A stretch of DNA of 63,060 bases, the filler included, from Asterionella formosa (lineage: Eukaryota): assembly GCA_002256025.1 (NCBI GenBank). It is 15 parts of 15 records of this genome, joined end to end, with 100 filler letters (N's around TTAATTAATTAA, not from the genome) between each part and the next. Parts side by side here need not be neighbours in the genome. Positions count along the whole stretch, not along the records: positions 33,748 to 37,855 come from NKIB01013704.1; positions 37,956 to 42,059 come from NKIB01013705.1; positions 42,160 to 46,263 come from NKIB01013706.1; positions 46,364 to 50,465 come from NKIB01013707.1; 11 more parts are not named here. One strand, written 5' to 3'. Numbering within the stretch: the first letter of the stretch is position 1; each line of letters begins with the position of its first letter. Below are positions 35,197-47,423 of the stretch, one piece after another. Made by a program: the position numbers and the translations under genes. Under the pieces are notes generated by a model, which did no database searches, was not told the DNA's origin, and saw only the letters and a program-made list of their open reading frames with translations.

Positions 35197-36471
35197 TCAT
35201 GTTTCGATTTGTATTCGCATCTTTGGAAGGGCCCCATCAGTTGTCGGTCCTTTTCTCTCAATGACGTGTTGCACAGCTCGTCTTCTGTCCACATCTGCCA
35301 CCGGCCTCGTTTTGGTTAACAATACGATGTAAGGATAATGAATGTTGGGATCGTAACAAGGATTCGTCCCAAGTTCCTTGACGTGACAGCTAGTCACTTT
35401 TTCATCGTATTCCACCATTTGTTGAATGCTCAAGATGCCGTTCATGGACTCGACACATGTAATGAAGTTGTTTAACGAGTTTCCTCGCGGGGGTTGACAC
35501 AGGATAGCCACTCCTCCGATCCTTAACAAAGAAGCAATTGTTACGGCCAATGACGCATGATGTTCCTGAAAATGAGTGCAATCCGAGCAAAGAAGGAGAT
35601 CTATTTTGCTGGACTCATGCAAATCGGTATTCCACAACAGCTTCTCCACCTTGATATTGGCACACTCTGGAAAATCGTTGAGTATCACATGCACTTTATT
35701 ATTCATAACACATTCGCAATGCCCGTCGGTGATGGTAACTTGAATCTTCCCAGTCGTCGCCATGGCCATCGAAAGTCCAGCGATACCCGCCATGCCAGCC
35801 CCAAGTTCTAGGACTTGTAGCGTCTCAGTGACAGCCAACTCATTCCAAGCAGAATGTACACCGCACGCTTCCTGTATCACAGACGAAGATAGAGCATGCG
35901 CCAACAAAATTTCTGCATCCCATACTCTTGCGTTTCCAGTATTGTCCACTCCATCATGGTGCTGTTGACTAACAAGAGCTTGCAGCGATATCTTCGTTCG
36001 TTGAACGCGTTCTCGAATCAAGAGCATATGCTTGGTAGGGAGCGTCCATTCAGTGCAGATATATTCATTCGTCGGTTGCCACTCCAGCTCGAGAGATCCG
36101 CCGCCAGTGCCGCCATTGCTCTGAATTCTACGGCACCTGATACCTTTGGAGGCCAGATTCTGTCGAAGACTTTCCAACTCGATTTGCTCGAATGGCGACG
36201 TGACATTAAATATGGTTGTCAGCTGAAGTGGAACTAGACACTGGAACTTCATCAAGGATACTTCAACGTCGAGGATAGTGTCGACAATAACGGCATCTTG
36301 AATGCTCGCGCCTTTGTCGAGTCGAAGCAAAGCATTGCGCTTCTTTTGAATCAACAATGGAAAGCCCTGAAATCGATGTATTGACGCTTGCTCATCTTCT
36401 TCCTTGATCGCCTCTCCTAGAAGAGCTGCTCGCAAGAGCCTCCATCGCGCCTGAGTGGTTTCTCGAGACAT
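35197..36471 (-). CDS. CAMKMT: Calmodulin-lysine N-methyltransferase-like (Methyltransf_16)
   Basis: ARWRLLRAAL, GVDNTGNARVW, VLELGAGMAG, ITDGH, SDCTHF, DPNIHYP. Confidence 0.85.
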   Translation of the reverse strand: MSRETTQARWRLLRAALLGEAIKEEDEQASIHRFQGFPLLIQKKRNALLRLDKGASIQDAVIVDTILDVEVSLMKFQCLVPLQLTTIFNVTSPFEQIELESLRQNLASKGIRCRRIQSNGGTGGGSLELEWQPTNEYICTEWTLPTKHMLLIRERVQRTKISLQALVSQQHHDGVDNTGNARVWDAEILLAHALSSSVIQEACGVHSAWNELAVTETLQVLELGAGMAGIAGLSMAMATTGKIQVTITDGHCECVMNNKVHVILNDFPECANIKVEKLLWNTDLHESSKIDLLLCSDCTHFQEHHASLAVTIASLLRIGGVAILCQPPRGNSLNNFITCVESMNGILSIQQMVEYDEKVTSCHVKELGTNPCYDPNIHYPYIVLLTKTRPVADVDRRRAVQHVIERKGPTTDGALPKMRIQIET

Positions 36472-36518
36472 CAATACAGTGATTGTCTGCGTGATTTGTG
36501 GTTGACGGGCTCTAGAAC

Positions 36519-37081
36519 TGATGAGTATCGTCCTATTATTTAGAAATGTTTCATTTTCTTATTATAAAAGAATTGATCAAAGAAACCGACCTACTATAAA
36601 TTTCATTTTATCAAGACTGCTCATGGTTATGTGTACCCATCAGCCACCCCGGAATACCAGACTAACGGTAATAACTGTTGAAATGGTCCGTACTCCTTCC
36701 CGCGGGTTGGGTCTCTCTTCACGTAGACTCTTACGTGATCGTAGTACTACCTAGTACCACTCACTTTCTCTCTTGTCTCTGCTTCTAGCCTTCCTGCTAG
36801 ATAGACTAATTGACCTTCCTGTCAATTAACACACTGTTTCCTCGGTTGATAATCTAAATCTCAAATTAAATTATAAGCTAAACTAAATGTTTCCTTTCCA
36901 TGCATCTTTGCTTCCTGCAAAGTCGTTCTAAGACTCTCTTCGAGTTTCCACTTAACATTTCCTTAGAAATCTTCAATCTCTGATCTCATTAGACAGCTGA
37001 TTGACGTGGCAATGCAATATTCGACTCGTTCGATTACAATCGAGTCCACAATCCTTGTGACTCGGGCTAATATTCTTGACA
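36519..37081 (-). repeat. Putative 3' LTR of Ty1/Copia element
   Basis: Minus strand: polypurine tract GGGGAGGA directly followed by TG at 37081; candidate CA end at 36519. Confidence 0.6.
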
Positions 37082-37855
37082 TCCTCCCCATTGCCACGCT
37101 CAAGAGGCTGTAACATCGTTCCACTCTGAACTGGTTCAGACAATCTCGTATGAATCTGTTCCTTCACGTTCTTGGTCATAATGTCCGCAAAATTATCTTC
37201 CGACCTTATAAAAATGACTTCCAATTCTTCATCCTCAATCATGTCCTTCACATGATGATACTTAATATCAATATGTTTTGTCCTGGTTCCGATTTGCTGA
37301 TTCTTCGCGATAAAAATAGCTCCTGTATTGTCTTCTCGTAGGATACTTGGTAACATGACCTTACCACCAGTAACCTCATTCAGAAGCATTGCTATAAACT
37401 TGATCTCTTGTCCACACTGGGACATCGCCACATACTCGGCTTCCGTACTGGACAGCGTAACCGTTTGTTGTCCCTTCGACTGCCAACTGATAAGTGCCCC
37501 GCCAATAGTAACAAGATAGCCAGTCGTGCTCTTCCTGTTAACCTTATTAGCAGCCCAGTCACTGTCCACGTAGGCAATGACTCTTAACTCTTTTGGCTTA
37601 CGCAACTTGAGAACTCTATCCTCCATATTGGATAGGTAACCAATGACTCTTGCCACTGCATGCCATTGTTCTTCACCTGGGCAACTTAAATGAGCCGATA
37701 GTTCCCGAACCGCATTCGCACAGTCCGGCGAATCCTTCTTTGTAGACCATAGTAACTTGCCCACAATTTTTCGATATTCTCCTTCCATAATGACTTCACC
37801 GTCATTCTTGTTCAATGTCTTTCCTGGTACACCCGGCGTTGCGTACGACTTAATT
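36973..37855 (-). mobile_element. Ty1/Copia pol, RT C-terminus and RNase H (5' partial)
   Basis: YRKIVGKLLW, AYVDSDWA, RKSTTGY, LSSTEAEY, EDNTGAI, RTKHIDIKYH, NFADIMTK. Confidence 0.95.
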
Positions 37856-37955
37856 NNNNNNNNNNNNNNNNNNNNNNNNNNNNNNNNNNNNNNNNNNNNT
37901 TAATTAATTAANNNNNNNNNNNNNNNNNNNNNNNNNNNNNNNNNNNNNNNNNNNN

Positions 37956-40900
37956 GTGCTCAAATCTTTGCAAATGAAGCGTATTTCGTAAAAGCGTACC
38001 CGATGGAGAAGAAGTCTGGCGCGGGTTTGGCGCTCCGACAATTCATTCGTGATTACGGAGCACCTGAGTACCTCACGTCTGACAGGGTGTCCGAACAGAC
38101 TGGACCGAAAACGGAATTCATTAAGGAAGTATGGGATTGAACATCACGTGAGCGAAACTAAACAGCATCGACAGAATCGAGCGGAGTCAGTTATTCGTGA
38201 AGTGAAAAAGCGATGGTTTCGACAAATGATGAAGCGTCGGGTTCCGAAGCGTTTGTGGGATTACGGAATCGTGTGGGTGTGTGAAACAATGTCTCTCACT
38301 GCTAACTCATCATTTGCGCTGGAAGGTCGGACTCCTATAGAACAAATCACAGGCGAGACACCCGACATATCCGAATACTTGGATTTCGGGTTCTACGATT
38401 GGGTGTGGTACAAGGATAATGCAGGGGTTGGCGAAAACATGTTCGGGCGCTGGCTTGGGGTGTCTCACCGAGTCGGTAACCTAATGTCATATTGGATTCT
38501 AACCATTGCTTGTCGCGTTATCTCATGCACTACAGTGCAGCGTATCACTCACCTTGAACTGACAACTAGCGAGGTCAATGACAGATGCAAGGAGTACAAT
38601 GAGAGGATAAAGGAAATAATACGTGACTACAACCACCAAAATGCAGGCGACGAGGAGGAGCGACAATTGCAGGATTGGGATGAATACTCGGATCTGCAGG
38701 ACGACTCAGTAATGGCGAAGAGATAAACAATGTTGTGAGCGATCACCAAATACCAAATGCCGATGACACTTTCACGCCCGTTTTTTTCGAGGATACATAC
38801 CTCAACAAAGAGATAGCGATAGCGAGGGGCGCTGGAGATGACAACGACGGTGTTCAGTTTGGCAGAGTCACCAAGAGATTGCGCAACGCCGATGGTAGAC
38901 CTATCGGCAAGGCTCACGAAAATCCTTTGCTTGACACCAGAGAGTATGAGGTCGATTTCTTTGACGGACACACAGAGGCATTGTCTTCTAACCTTATTGC
39001 TCAGAATTTGTTTTCACAGATAGACGAGGAGGGCGAACGACACGTACTTCTCGACGACATTATCGATTATAGGCGGAATGCGACGGCACTCGACAAAGAG
39101 GACGCGTTCATCACAATGTCTAACGGTGTCAAGCGGCGGAGACAGACGACTCAAGGGTGGCAACTCCTGTGCCAATGGAGGGACGGGAGTACCACTTGGG
39201 TCGCACTTAAGGATGTGAAGCAATCGTACCCCATACAGGTGGTGGATTACTCAATTGCTAATCGTATTGATGATGAGGCAGCGTTCGCGTGGTGGGTGCC
39301 GACTCTTCTAAAGAAACGGGACCGAGTCATAGAAAAGGTAAAGTCTAAGTATTGGCAGCGAACTCATAAATACGGTATACGGATACCGAAGTCCGTCGAA
39401 GAGGCGTTAACGATTGATAAAGCCAATGGCAACACATTATGGCGGGACGCCATCTGCAAGGAAACGAAAAACGTGCGACCGGCATTTGAAAAGTGGGAAA
39501 AGCGAGAGGGAGACCTTCCGCCAGGGTACCAAAAGATAAGGTGTCATTTCGTGTTCGACATCAAAATGGGCGAAAACTTTCGGCGTAAGGCGAGACTAGT
39601 TGCTGACGGCAGCCGGACGGAAACGCCCGCAGCCCTGATGTATTCGTCAGTTGTGTCGAGGGACTCAGTGCGCATTGCCTTATTGGTTGCTTCATTGAAC
39701 GACTTACAACTTCTTGCTTGCGATATTCAAAACGCTTATCTAACCGCAGATTGCAGAGAGAAAATTTACATAATTGCAGGGCCGGAATTTGGGTCGGAAG
39801 CGGGAGCTACCATGGTGGTGAAGAAAGCGCTGTATGGGCTCAAATCTAGCGGTGCGGCATTCAGAGCGCATCTCGCAGAAACCCTCCATGATTTGGGTTA
39901 CTTGCCCACGAAAGGGGACCCTGATGTATGGATTCGACTGGCGGTAAAACCGGATCGGTTTGAGTATTACGAAATGATTCTTGTATATGTTGATGACATT
40001 CTTTGCATTTCAGCGCAGCCTCGAGCGACTATGAGCGGGATACAGTCGACCTTCAGATTGAAGGATGATAAAGTCGAGAAGCCGGAAAATTACCTGGGAG
40101 CCCATGTAATGCAGAAAATAGTCGGCGGAGTTGAGTGTTGGGCCATGACTTCCGAGCAGTATGTCAAGGCGGCCATCGCCAACGTATAGTTCAAACTCGA
40201 CGAGTCGGGTCAGCGGCTTCCAACGAGGTGCACTACCCCATTGCAGGGGAATTATAGACCGGAACTGGATATTTCTGCCGAACTCAAGATTGAAGGCGTG
40301 AGATACTACCAGGAATTGATCGGCGTGCTCCGCTGGGCAGTGGAGCTTGGACGAATAGACATTGCTATGGAAGTTTCTATGTTATCTACTCACCTAGCGT
40401 TGCCGAGGAGCGGACACTTACAACAGGTATATCACATTTTCGGATATTTGAAAGCGAAACCCAAGAGGACGTTGATCTTTGATCCGACACACCCCGATAT
40501 AAACGAGTCCAGGTTTGTTAAATGCGATTGGCACGACTTTTACAGGGGAGCGCAGGAGTCTATTCCAGGGGACGCACCCAAGCCCAGAGGTAACGTTGTA
40601 ACTACTCACTGTTTTGTGGATGCGGATCATGCAGGGAATAGGGTGACGAGGCGCTCGCAGACCGGGATACTGATTTTTGTGAATCGGGCTTCAATTATAT
40701 GGTACAGTAAGCGACAGAACACTGTCGAGACATCGACGTTTGGTAGCGAATTTGTGACTTTGAAGATCTCGGTCGAACTGATCGAGGCATTGAGGTATAA
40801 GCTGAGACTGTTTGGAATCCCAATCGATGGACCGACTAACGTTTTCTGCGACAACGAGGCGGTGACGAAGAACACGATTCATTCAGAATCGACTTTGAAA

Positions 40901-41062
40901 AAGAAACATAATGCGATAGCGTATCACAGAGCGAGAGAAGCTGTGGCGGCAGGGATGATTCGGGTAACGAAGGAAGATGGAAAGACTAATTTGGCTGATG
41001 TGCTGACGAAGCCATTACCCCAAATTACACGAGAGTATTTGTGCGACAAGTTCATGTATTGA
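37956..41062 (+). mobile_element. CoDi-type Ty1/Copia pol (integrase, chromo-like segment, RT, RNase H) with frameshifts and an in-frame TAG at 40187
   Basis: QNRAESVIREVK, GETPDISEYLDFGFYDWVW, GWQLLCQWRDGSTTW, RKARLVA, CDIQNAYL, KALYGLKSSG, YVDD, FVDADHAG, STFGSEF, NLADVLTK. Confidence 0.96.
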
Positions 41063-41229
41063 TGGCTGTTGGATCACAGTGGGTCGAAGATTGAAGCCAA
41101 GGTTCATCGTGATGTCACAACCTATGACACCGGTTACCTCCTGGGCACGCAATGACGTGTGGCACCGAATCCAGGTCGATGTTTAGTGGTATATTTGTTT
41201 GGTTTCACCTCCCATGTATTCGAGGGGAC

Positions 41230-41450
41230 TGAACGAATATTGCAGTGCAGTGTGGGCGCGTGGATGAACGTACCGTGTCATACGGTACAGGGGACTAACT
41301 AGTCGTTAGAGTGTTTTAGCGATAGTACAGCGTGCAAGCTTGGAGCAGCGAATGCGCTAGAACGGCGTAGGTTTATATATCTTTAAGTCTATCTTTTCAA
41401 CCTTTATCTTTCTTTCCTTGTGCACCATGTAAGTTGTTCTGCCGACAACA
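41230..41450 (+). repeat. Putative 3' LTR of the CoDi element
   Basis: PPT gaggggac followed by TG at 41230; ends ...acaaca at 41450, just before unrelated Copia coding sequence. Confidence 0.65.
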
Positions 41451-41454
41451 CTAG

Positions 41455-41760
41455 CGTATTTATTCGGAGGACTTCATAGCCAGAGTCACAGACCTGTCCA
41501 ATGCTGAGTAAAGAACAATTGTGAAGACCAGGGACAATGCGAACATGCCTGGCAGCAGGGAAAAGCATGGGTAAATCTAACTCAGCCTCATGAGTAGAAG
41601 TAACATGGTGACCATTAAGAAATTGAATGGTAATAGGCGTAGTGGTGGTTCGTGCTTTGATGACAGGGAGATCAACGGTGGCGGAATTTCCAGAACTAAC
41701 AGAAAAAGCAATAAGCGTAATGGGGGGACAAGTAAGCAAAGTAGATAAGCTTGTGTTATT
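41455..41760 (-). pseudogene. Remnant of a second Copia (CoDi-like) pol, protease region
   Basis: ITIQFLNGHHVTSTHEAELDLPML.PAARHVRIVPGL..CSLLSIGQVCDSG. Confidence 0.75.
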
Positions 41761-43129
41761 AGTATTAACAATGTCAACTTGCTCCCCTTGATATCAGGCA
41801 GGTGGCGTAGGCAGTGTGCGGTTGGTATGGGTACCATCGGTTGGTATGGGTACCATCGCTGAAGATATGGACGCTGCCGCCCATGCATTGATCAAGTGTG
41901 GCATGAATCTGATGACCAGAAGAGGGATGGTTATAGGTGGCACTGGTGTGGTTGGGGTGCTTGGTGAGACAATGAGTCCAACAATATCCTAATTGTACAT
42001 TGTTGTATACATCGTCTGCAAATAAAAAGTATCATGCATATAGGATCAAGGGTATCATANNNNNNNNNNNNNNNNNNNNNNNNNNNNNNNNNNNNNNNNN
42101 NNNTTAATTAATTAANNNNNNNNNNNNNNNNNNNNNNNNNNNNNNNNNNNNNNNNNNNNTTTTTTTCACTGCCACATTGCAAATTGACAAAATGTATGAG
42201 GTATATATTCCAGATAGAACAGTGCCACAGATTAGATTGCCAATCAATTGAGGATATCTGCTGATCATCACACTGGTGGTCATACACAGGTAGTATGTGT
42301 TTAGGTTATTATTACACAGATGCATGATTTCATACAACTGTAGCTACATTATTTTTTCACTATTTTTCATTAGCTAAATAATGATTGTTTTCACTTCATT
42401 TCGGGTATATGTATATTAGACATATACACACACCCCTACAATAAAAGACTTGGTCCTCTATTTACTGTAAAATAGTGCTATAGTATATGTACTCGTGGTG
42501 ACTCCATATTAAGTACTAGGTACTCTAAATACATAAAATGGTCTATTCCCGCATACACGTACCCTGGTACGGTACCTGGTACCGGTACCCTGGTAACCAG
42601 TCGATACGAGCAAATGGGCGCCGGTACCAGTACTAGGTACTGGTACCTGGTACCACAACCGGTATTGTCGCCAAGAATAGCTTTGTGCACTGTCCTGGAG
42701 TAATAGTAAACTACTAGTGCTAGCTTCCACTACGGGTTTAACTGGGAGTTTAACTTTTTACGACTACGTTCCCGGTATGATGTGTATACCACATGCCTTG
42801 CATCATTGCTAGTAAATGTACCGGTGTACAAACATACCCGCAAATAGTACCTTTATATACATTAAACGGCAGTTATCTGCTGGTTAGTCTACACTTTTTG
42901 TATACCTTTTAGGGCCGTTCTTATCATTTTTTTCATGTATCACAGAATTTGAAATTTTTTGACAATGTATCTCAGCAATGGTAACTTGATTTGAACTGAA
43001 TTTCATTCATTCCAAAAGTGACACCACTGTATCACTAATTTGTGATCACATCATTGTAGCTATCATGGAGTAACATGGATCTTCAACAGCAACAGGCTGG
43101 TGAAGATCATGTAAATATCCCTCCAGAGT

Positions 43130-44410
43130 TTAATGATGGTCTTGATATCAAGCAGCAACACAAAATATAATAACCAGTTGACTATATAAAATATTAAAAC
43201 CACAGGAAGCAGAGGACAAAGAACACTCATCCAAACAAAAAATGCGACGCTGTAAATGGCAGCTTTACTCATCCGAATGACAACAACAATGAAGGCACAA
43301 GTGGCACCACGAAAGAATCTCCTGGCAATCACATGTCGAGACATACAGAATGTCACACAGAGCATTCAAAAAACTCACCTCCATGCTAGAAAATCAGATT
43401 GCAGGGAATTATTCCAAATGTGGCACTTCTGAGCCCATGATTCCCGAACTTGTGGTAGCCATTGGTTTGCAATGGTTGGCTGGTGGCAGTTACATCGACA
43501 TTCGTCATGCCTACGGTTTTTGCATTGCTTCACTTTATTGATGTCGTGATTTGTTCATTGATGCTGTACTAAACTGTAAAGAACTCAAAATTATTTTTCC
43601 AGAAGAAAAAGAAGAATTTATCAAATTGGCTTCAAGCTTTGAATGCAAAAGCTCCAAGGGCATGATGAGAGCATGTGTTGTTGGTGCTATTGACGGCTTC
43701 CTAGCCACCATCAACCGCCCGACTTTAGTTGAAAGTGGCAACAACCCTGGTTCATTTTGTTCCGGTCACTACATGACTTATGGAATCAATGTCCAGGCTG
43801 TTTGTGATGCTGACTCAAGATTGATTGATTTTGGGGTGATTGCATCAGAAAAATGCAGTGACCAAGTAGCTTTTGAACGAACTTCCATTTTCGATCGAGA
43901 TGCAGCATTCAATACAGGTTTTTATCTGGTCGGCTATGCAGCATACACATTGTCTGATGTAATGATGCTTGTTCCCCTTTGTTGGCTCACAATGTGATGA
44001 TCCAACACATGATACATTTAACTTTTTCCTTTCACAGATGAGGATAAGAATAGAAATGGCATTTGGTCTTCTTCAGACAAAATTGTGTGTTCTGAAAAAA
44101 CCTATCGGCAAGCTTGGAAACATCTGCACACATTCTTGATTCATGTGCTCGACTTCATAACTATGTGATTGATGAGAAGATAATTGATAGCGAGATTATG
44201 GATGATAATCAAATACTTACAGAGATAATTCCAGTGAGTTTGTCACCCCTTGGTTGGGGCTACTTACGTGTGGAACCATTGTGTATATTGCCTGGAAACT
44301 CTGTGATGCAAGATTTGATTCTTACCAGATTGCAAACCTTGGGCTTGCAACAACCTCCTGTGAATATAGAGAGGAGAAGGAAAGAATCACATGAAATAAA
44401 TTTAATGTAA
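43130..44410 (+). pseudogene. Degraded PIF/Harbinger (DDE_Tnp_4-like) transposase
   Basis: WLAGGSYIDIR, VGAIDGF, YGINVQAVCD, YLVGYAAY, RIEMAFG, CARLHNY; stops and frameshifts. Confidence 0.9.
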
Positions 44411-45694
44411 AACAAATATATAATTTATTCATTAGTTGAATTTAATCTGATGTTTCACCTTCTGAAAGTAGATAAAAATAGTGATCCCGCTTTCTCTTGC
44501 ATATCTTAATTTCTAATCGAGCCTGAACTACATCAGAATTTTCGGAGTCTTACCCATGATTTTCCAACTCTTCCAAATCCTTCCGAGCATTCTTGAGACA
44601 ACTTTTAAAACAGCCCAGAACATTTAGGATCTCTTTGTCGTGTCTTTGTGCTGCTGAAGACTGAAGCACTTGAAATTTCACTGCATTTACTCGTTCAAAA
44701 CACTCTAATGCATTTGCCATTTGTACCATAGAAGAGATATGATTGGAATGATTGGATGAAGTAGATGAACATTTTCCTTTCTTCGAGCCATCAGTCTTCG
44801 ATGATAAGGATGAAGAACCAGCACTTTCAGTACATTCACGGAATGATGATTTTGGAAGAAATGGAACAGCAAAATTGAGAAAGTGAGGAACTTCGCACAA
44901 CCATAAATGGTAATAATAAATATAAAAGGCTGGCTTCCAACAAAATTAACAAAGTCATCATGACTTCCTCGTCTGCAAATAAAAACCATCATATTTCCAT
45001 GATGTATCATAGGATTATGATCATCTGATCATAATTTTTTCGTTATATCATCTAATAATTGTGATAAATGCCCTCGTAATTTAAATAGTAACCCTTTTGA
45101 CTACATATATTTAATTATTATATGTATTGTTTCTATTTAATTCCTGTATTCGAATTTCTTGGTAGGATAATGTACCAGTTCAAGTCATGTAATTTGGCTC
45201 GTCATTTCCATCCGCCCCTCATCACTCCGATTTTTGCAAAACCAACGAAATACTAGCGATGAAAAGCGGAATGAATGTTTGCGATAACATCTTCAATTTG
45301 TTGTTCAAGTGTTCTTTATATCTTCGAGTAATCGTCATGTGCAGTGAACCTTTGTTCATAATCATTCAATTAAGAGTTTACAGGAGAGAAGAAACCATTC
45401 GAAGTCGTAATGTTTCCGCACACAGCGCGCAAAGTATATCCGTTTCGTCCATTTCAGCATGACAATCTCGCCAATCAACCCGTAAACAAACACATTCTAC
45501 TTGTTCTCGTTGACATTTTCAATTCTCACATGAGCGATACTACATCTACTATTGAGATTCAGCATAGAATGAGATACGAAAATGTGCGTAATAGACTACT
45601 GTCCACATAGCTATAGTTATAGAATGATTCTGATTAGAATGTATTTCATTTTCAGATTGCTCGCTCGTTTCTGCATTTGGCATACTGTACTTGA

Positions 45695-46263
45695 ATTAAC
45701 TATTGAACTTGTCCGCATCTTTGATACCATCAAGCAAGAGAGCGAAAGCAAGTGGCTCTTTTCATTGTTGTTTGCTCGTAGGAAAAGTTTGATATCTGTA
45801 TCATCATTTGCTTGTTGGAATTGTCCGTTGCCTCAAAACTGCTTGGCGTGTGCATACACACACTGTCGACTTGTTTTCCTTAGTATATTGTTCTTGTATT
45901 CACTGTTGAACTTGTCCGCATCTTTGTTACCATCAATAGAGTGACAAGTGGCCTGGCTCTCTTCATTGTTGTTTGCTCCTGGAAAAGTCGGTGTCCGTGT
46001 CATCCTAATCAATAGAGAGACAAGTTCTTTCGTTGGAAAAATTGGTACCCGTGGTATCATCATTTGCTCGTTGGAACCACTGTACGTTGCCTCAGACCTG
46101 ATTAGCGTGTGAGTACCGGCATGTGCACTGTCGACTTTTGTACATTACAGGCGGAGTGACTTTGCTACTATATTGCGTGATATAATAATATACCCCATAG
46201 CATGATGCATAATACAGTTGCTTCCCAATCATCTCATCATGATTGACAAGATGATACTGTGAT
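45695..46263. repeat. Copy of the contig 1 repeat with an internal ~200-bp tandem duplication
   Basis: ttgaacttgtccgcatctttg..accatcaa...ttcattgttgtttgctc..ggaaaagt occurs at ~45703 and ~45906. Confidence 0.85.
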
Positions 46264-46363
46264 NNNNNNNNNNNNNNNNNNNNNNNNNNNNNNNNNNNNN
46301 NNNNNNNTTAATTAATTAANNNNNNNNNNNNNNNNNNNNNNNNNNNNNNNNNNNNNNNNNNNN

Positions 46364-46795
46364 CACTTCGGGCCTCATCAAGATTTTCTCTATCTCTACT
46401 TTTGATCAAGTTGCCGATATCTTTACTAAACCATTACCAGCCGTTACTTTTATCTACCTCAGGCAGAAACTTATGGGTTGGTAGTTTTTTCTCCTGTCTC
46501 ATCTTTCTTTGCCCTTCTTCTGCTTCTTCACGAGGGAGTGTGTGATATTCTATATCATGGTAACTTTTATGACGTCACACGTCATTGGCTTCCATTGTTT
46601 CTTTGCTGCAGTTACCGGTATATATTTTACTATATCCACACTTGTTCCAATGTGTCAACTGCCATCAGTTTCGATTACTCTTTGACTCCCAAAGTCAATA
46701 TAGTACAGATTAATCTAACTCACAATATCTAGAATTTACTTCCGAAAGTACGTTGTTAGTTAGATTACCTTCAGACTATAGTCCAATCTCATACA
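46364..46795 (+). mobile_element. 3' end of a Ty1/Copia element: RNase H end (stop 46484), PPT, putative LTR 46539-46795
   Basis: DQVADIFTKPLPAVTFIYLRQKLMGW*; cacgagggag followed by TG. Confidence 0.85.
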
Positions 46796-47423
46796 TTGAG
46801 GTAGCTATTATCGCAGGTACCGGTACCTGGTACTCGGCCTCCTCAAACCAGTCGCCACAACACGATACCTGGACAAGGATATACGGTACCTGGTACCTGG
46901 TACCAGTGTTCAATACCAGGTACTCCAAGCAGGTTCCAGGTACCTGGTACCGTTCCTGGTACCAGGTACCGGTATCTTAGATTATGCATGATGATGTAAT
47001 GATATCAACAGACGTACCAGCAACAACGTAAGCTACGCTGGAGTATAAATACAGAGTCTACCCGTTTGTAGTATTTCGTTTGCCAATTCTCTTTTGTATA
47101 TAAATGATGGCTATACCGGTAGTTAAAATAAATAAATATTTATATCGTTTCATTAGCTATAATAGTATATTATTAAAATTGGTGGTATATCTAGCTCCCG
47201 GTACCTTGTCCTGGTCCCTGGTACCAGGGTACTGTACGTGGCAGCTAGCTGTAACCGGTACCTGGTACTCCGAGTACCAGGTACTCTATTACCGGTACCT
47301 ATAATTAGTGTGCCTTCGAAAGCATTTCGCGGTGGGACTGAGACGGAAGGAAGTGATCTTTGGACTTTACTGTTGTGCTTAAAGCCTCCTACCGGTTGTC
47401 ATATAACCCCAATTCATCTAACC

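Noticed and set aside
34352..36471. Functional pairing of TRM112 with the neighbouring methyltransferase
   Set aside because: They are convergent eukaryotic genes and CaMKMT is not an established Trm112 partner; no support from sequence alone.
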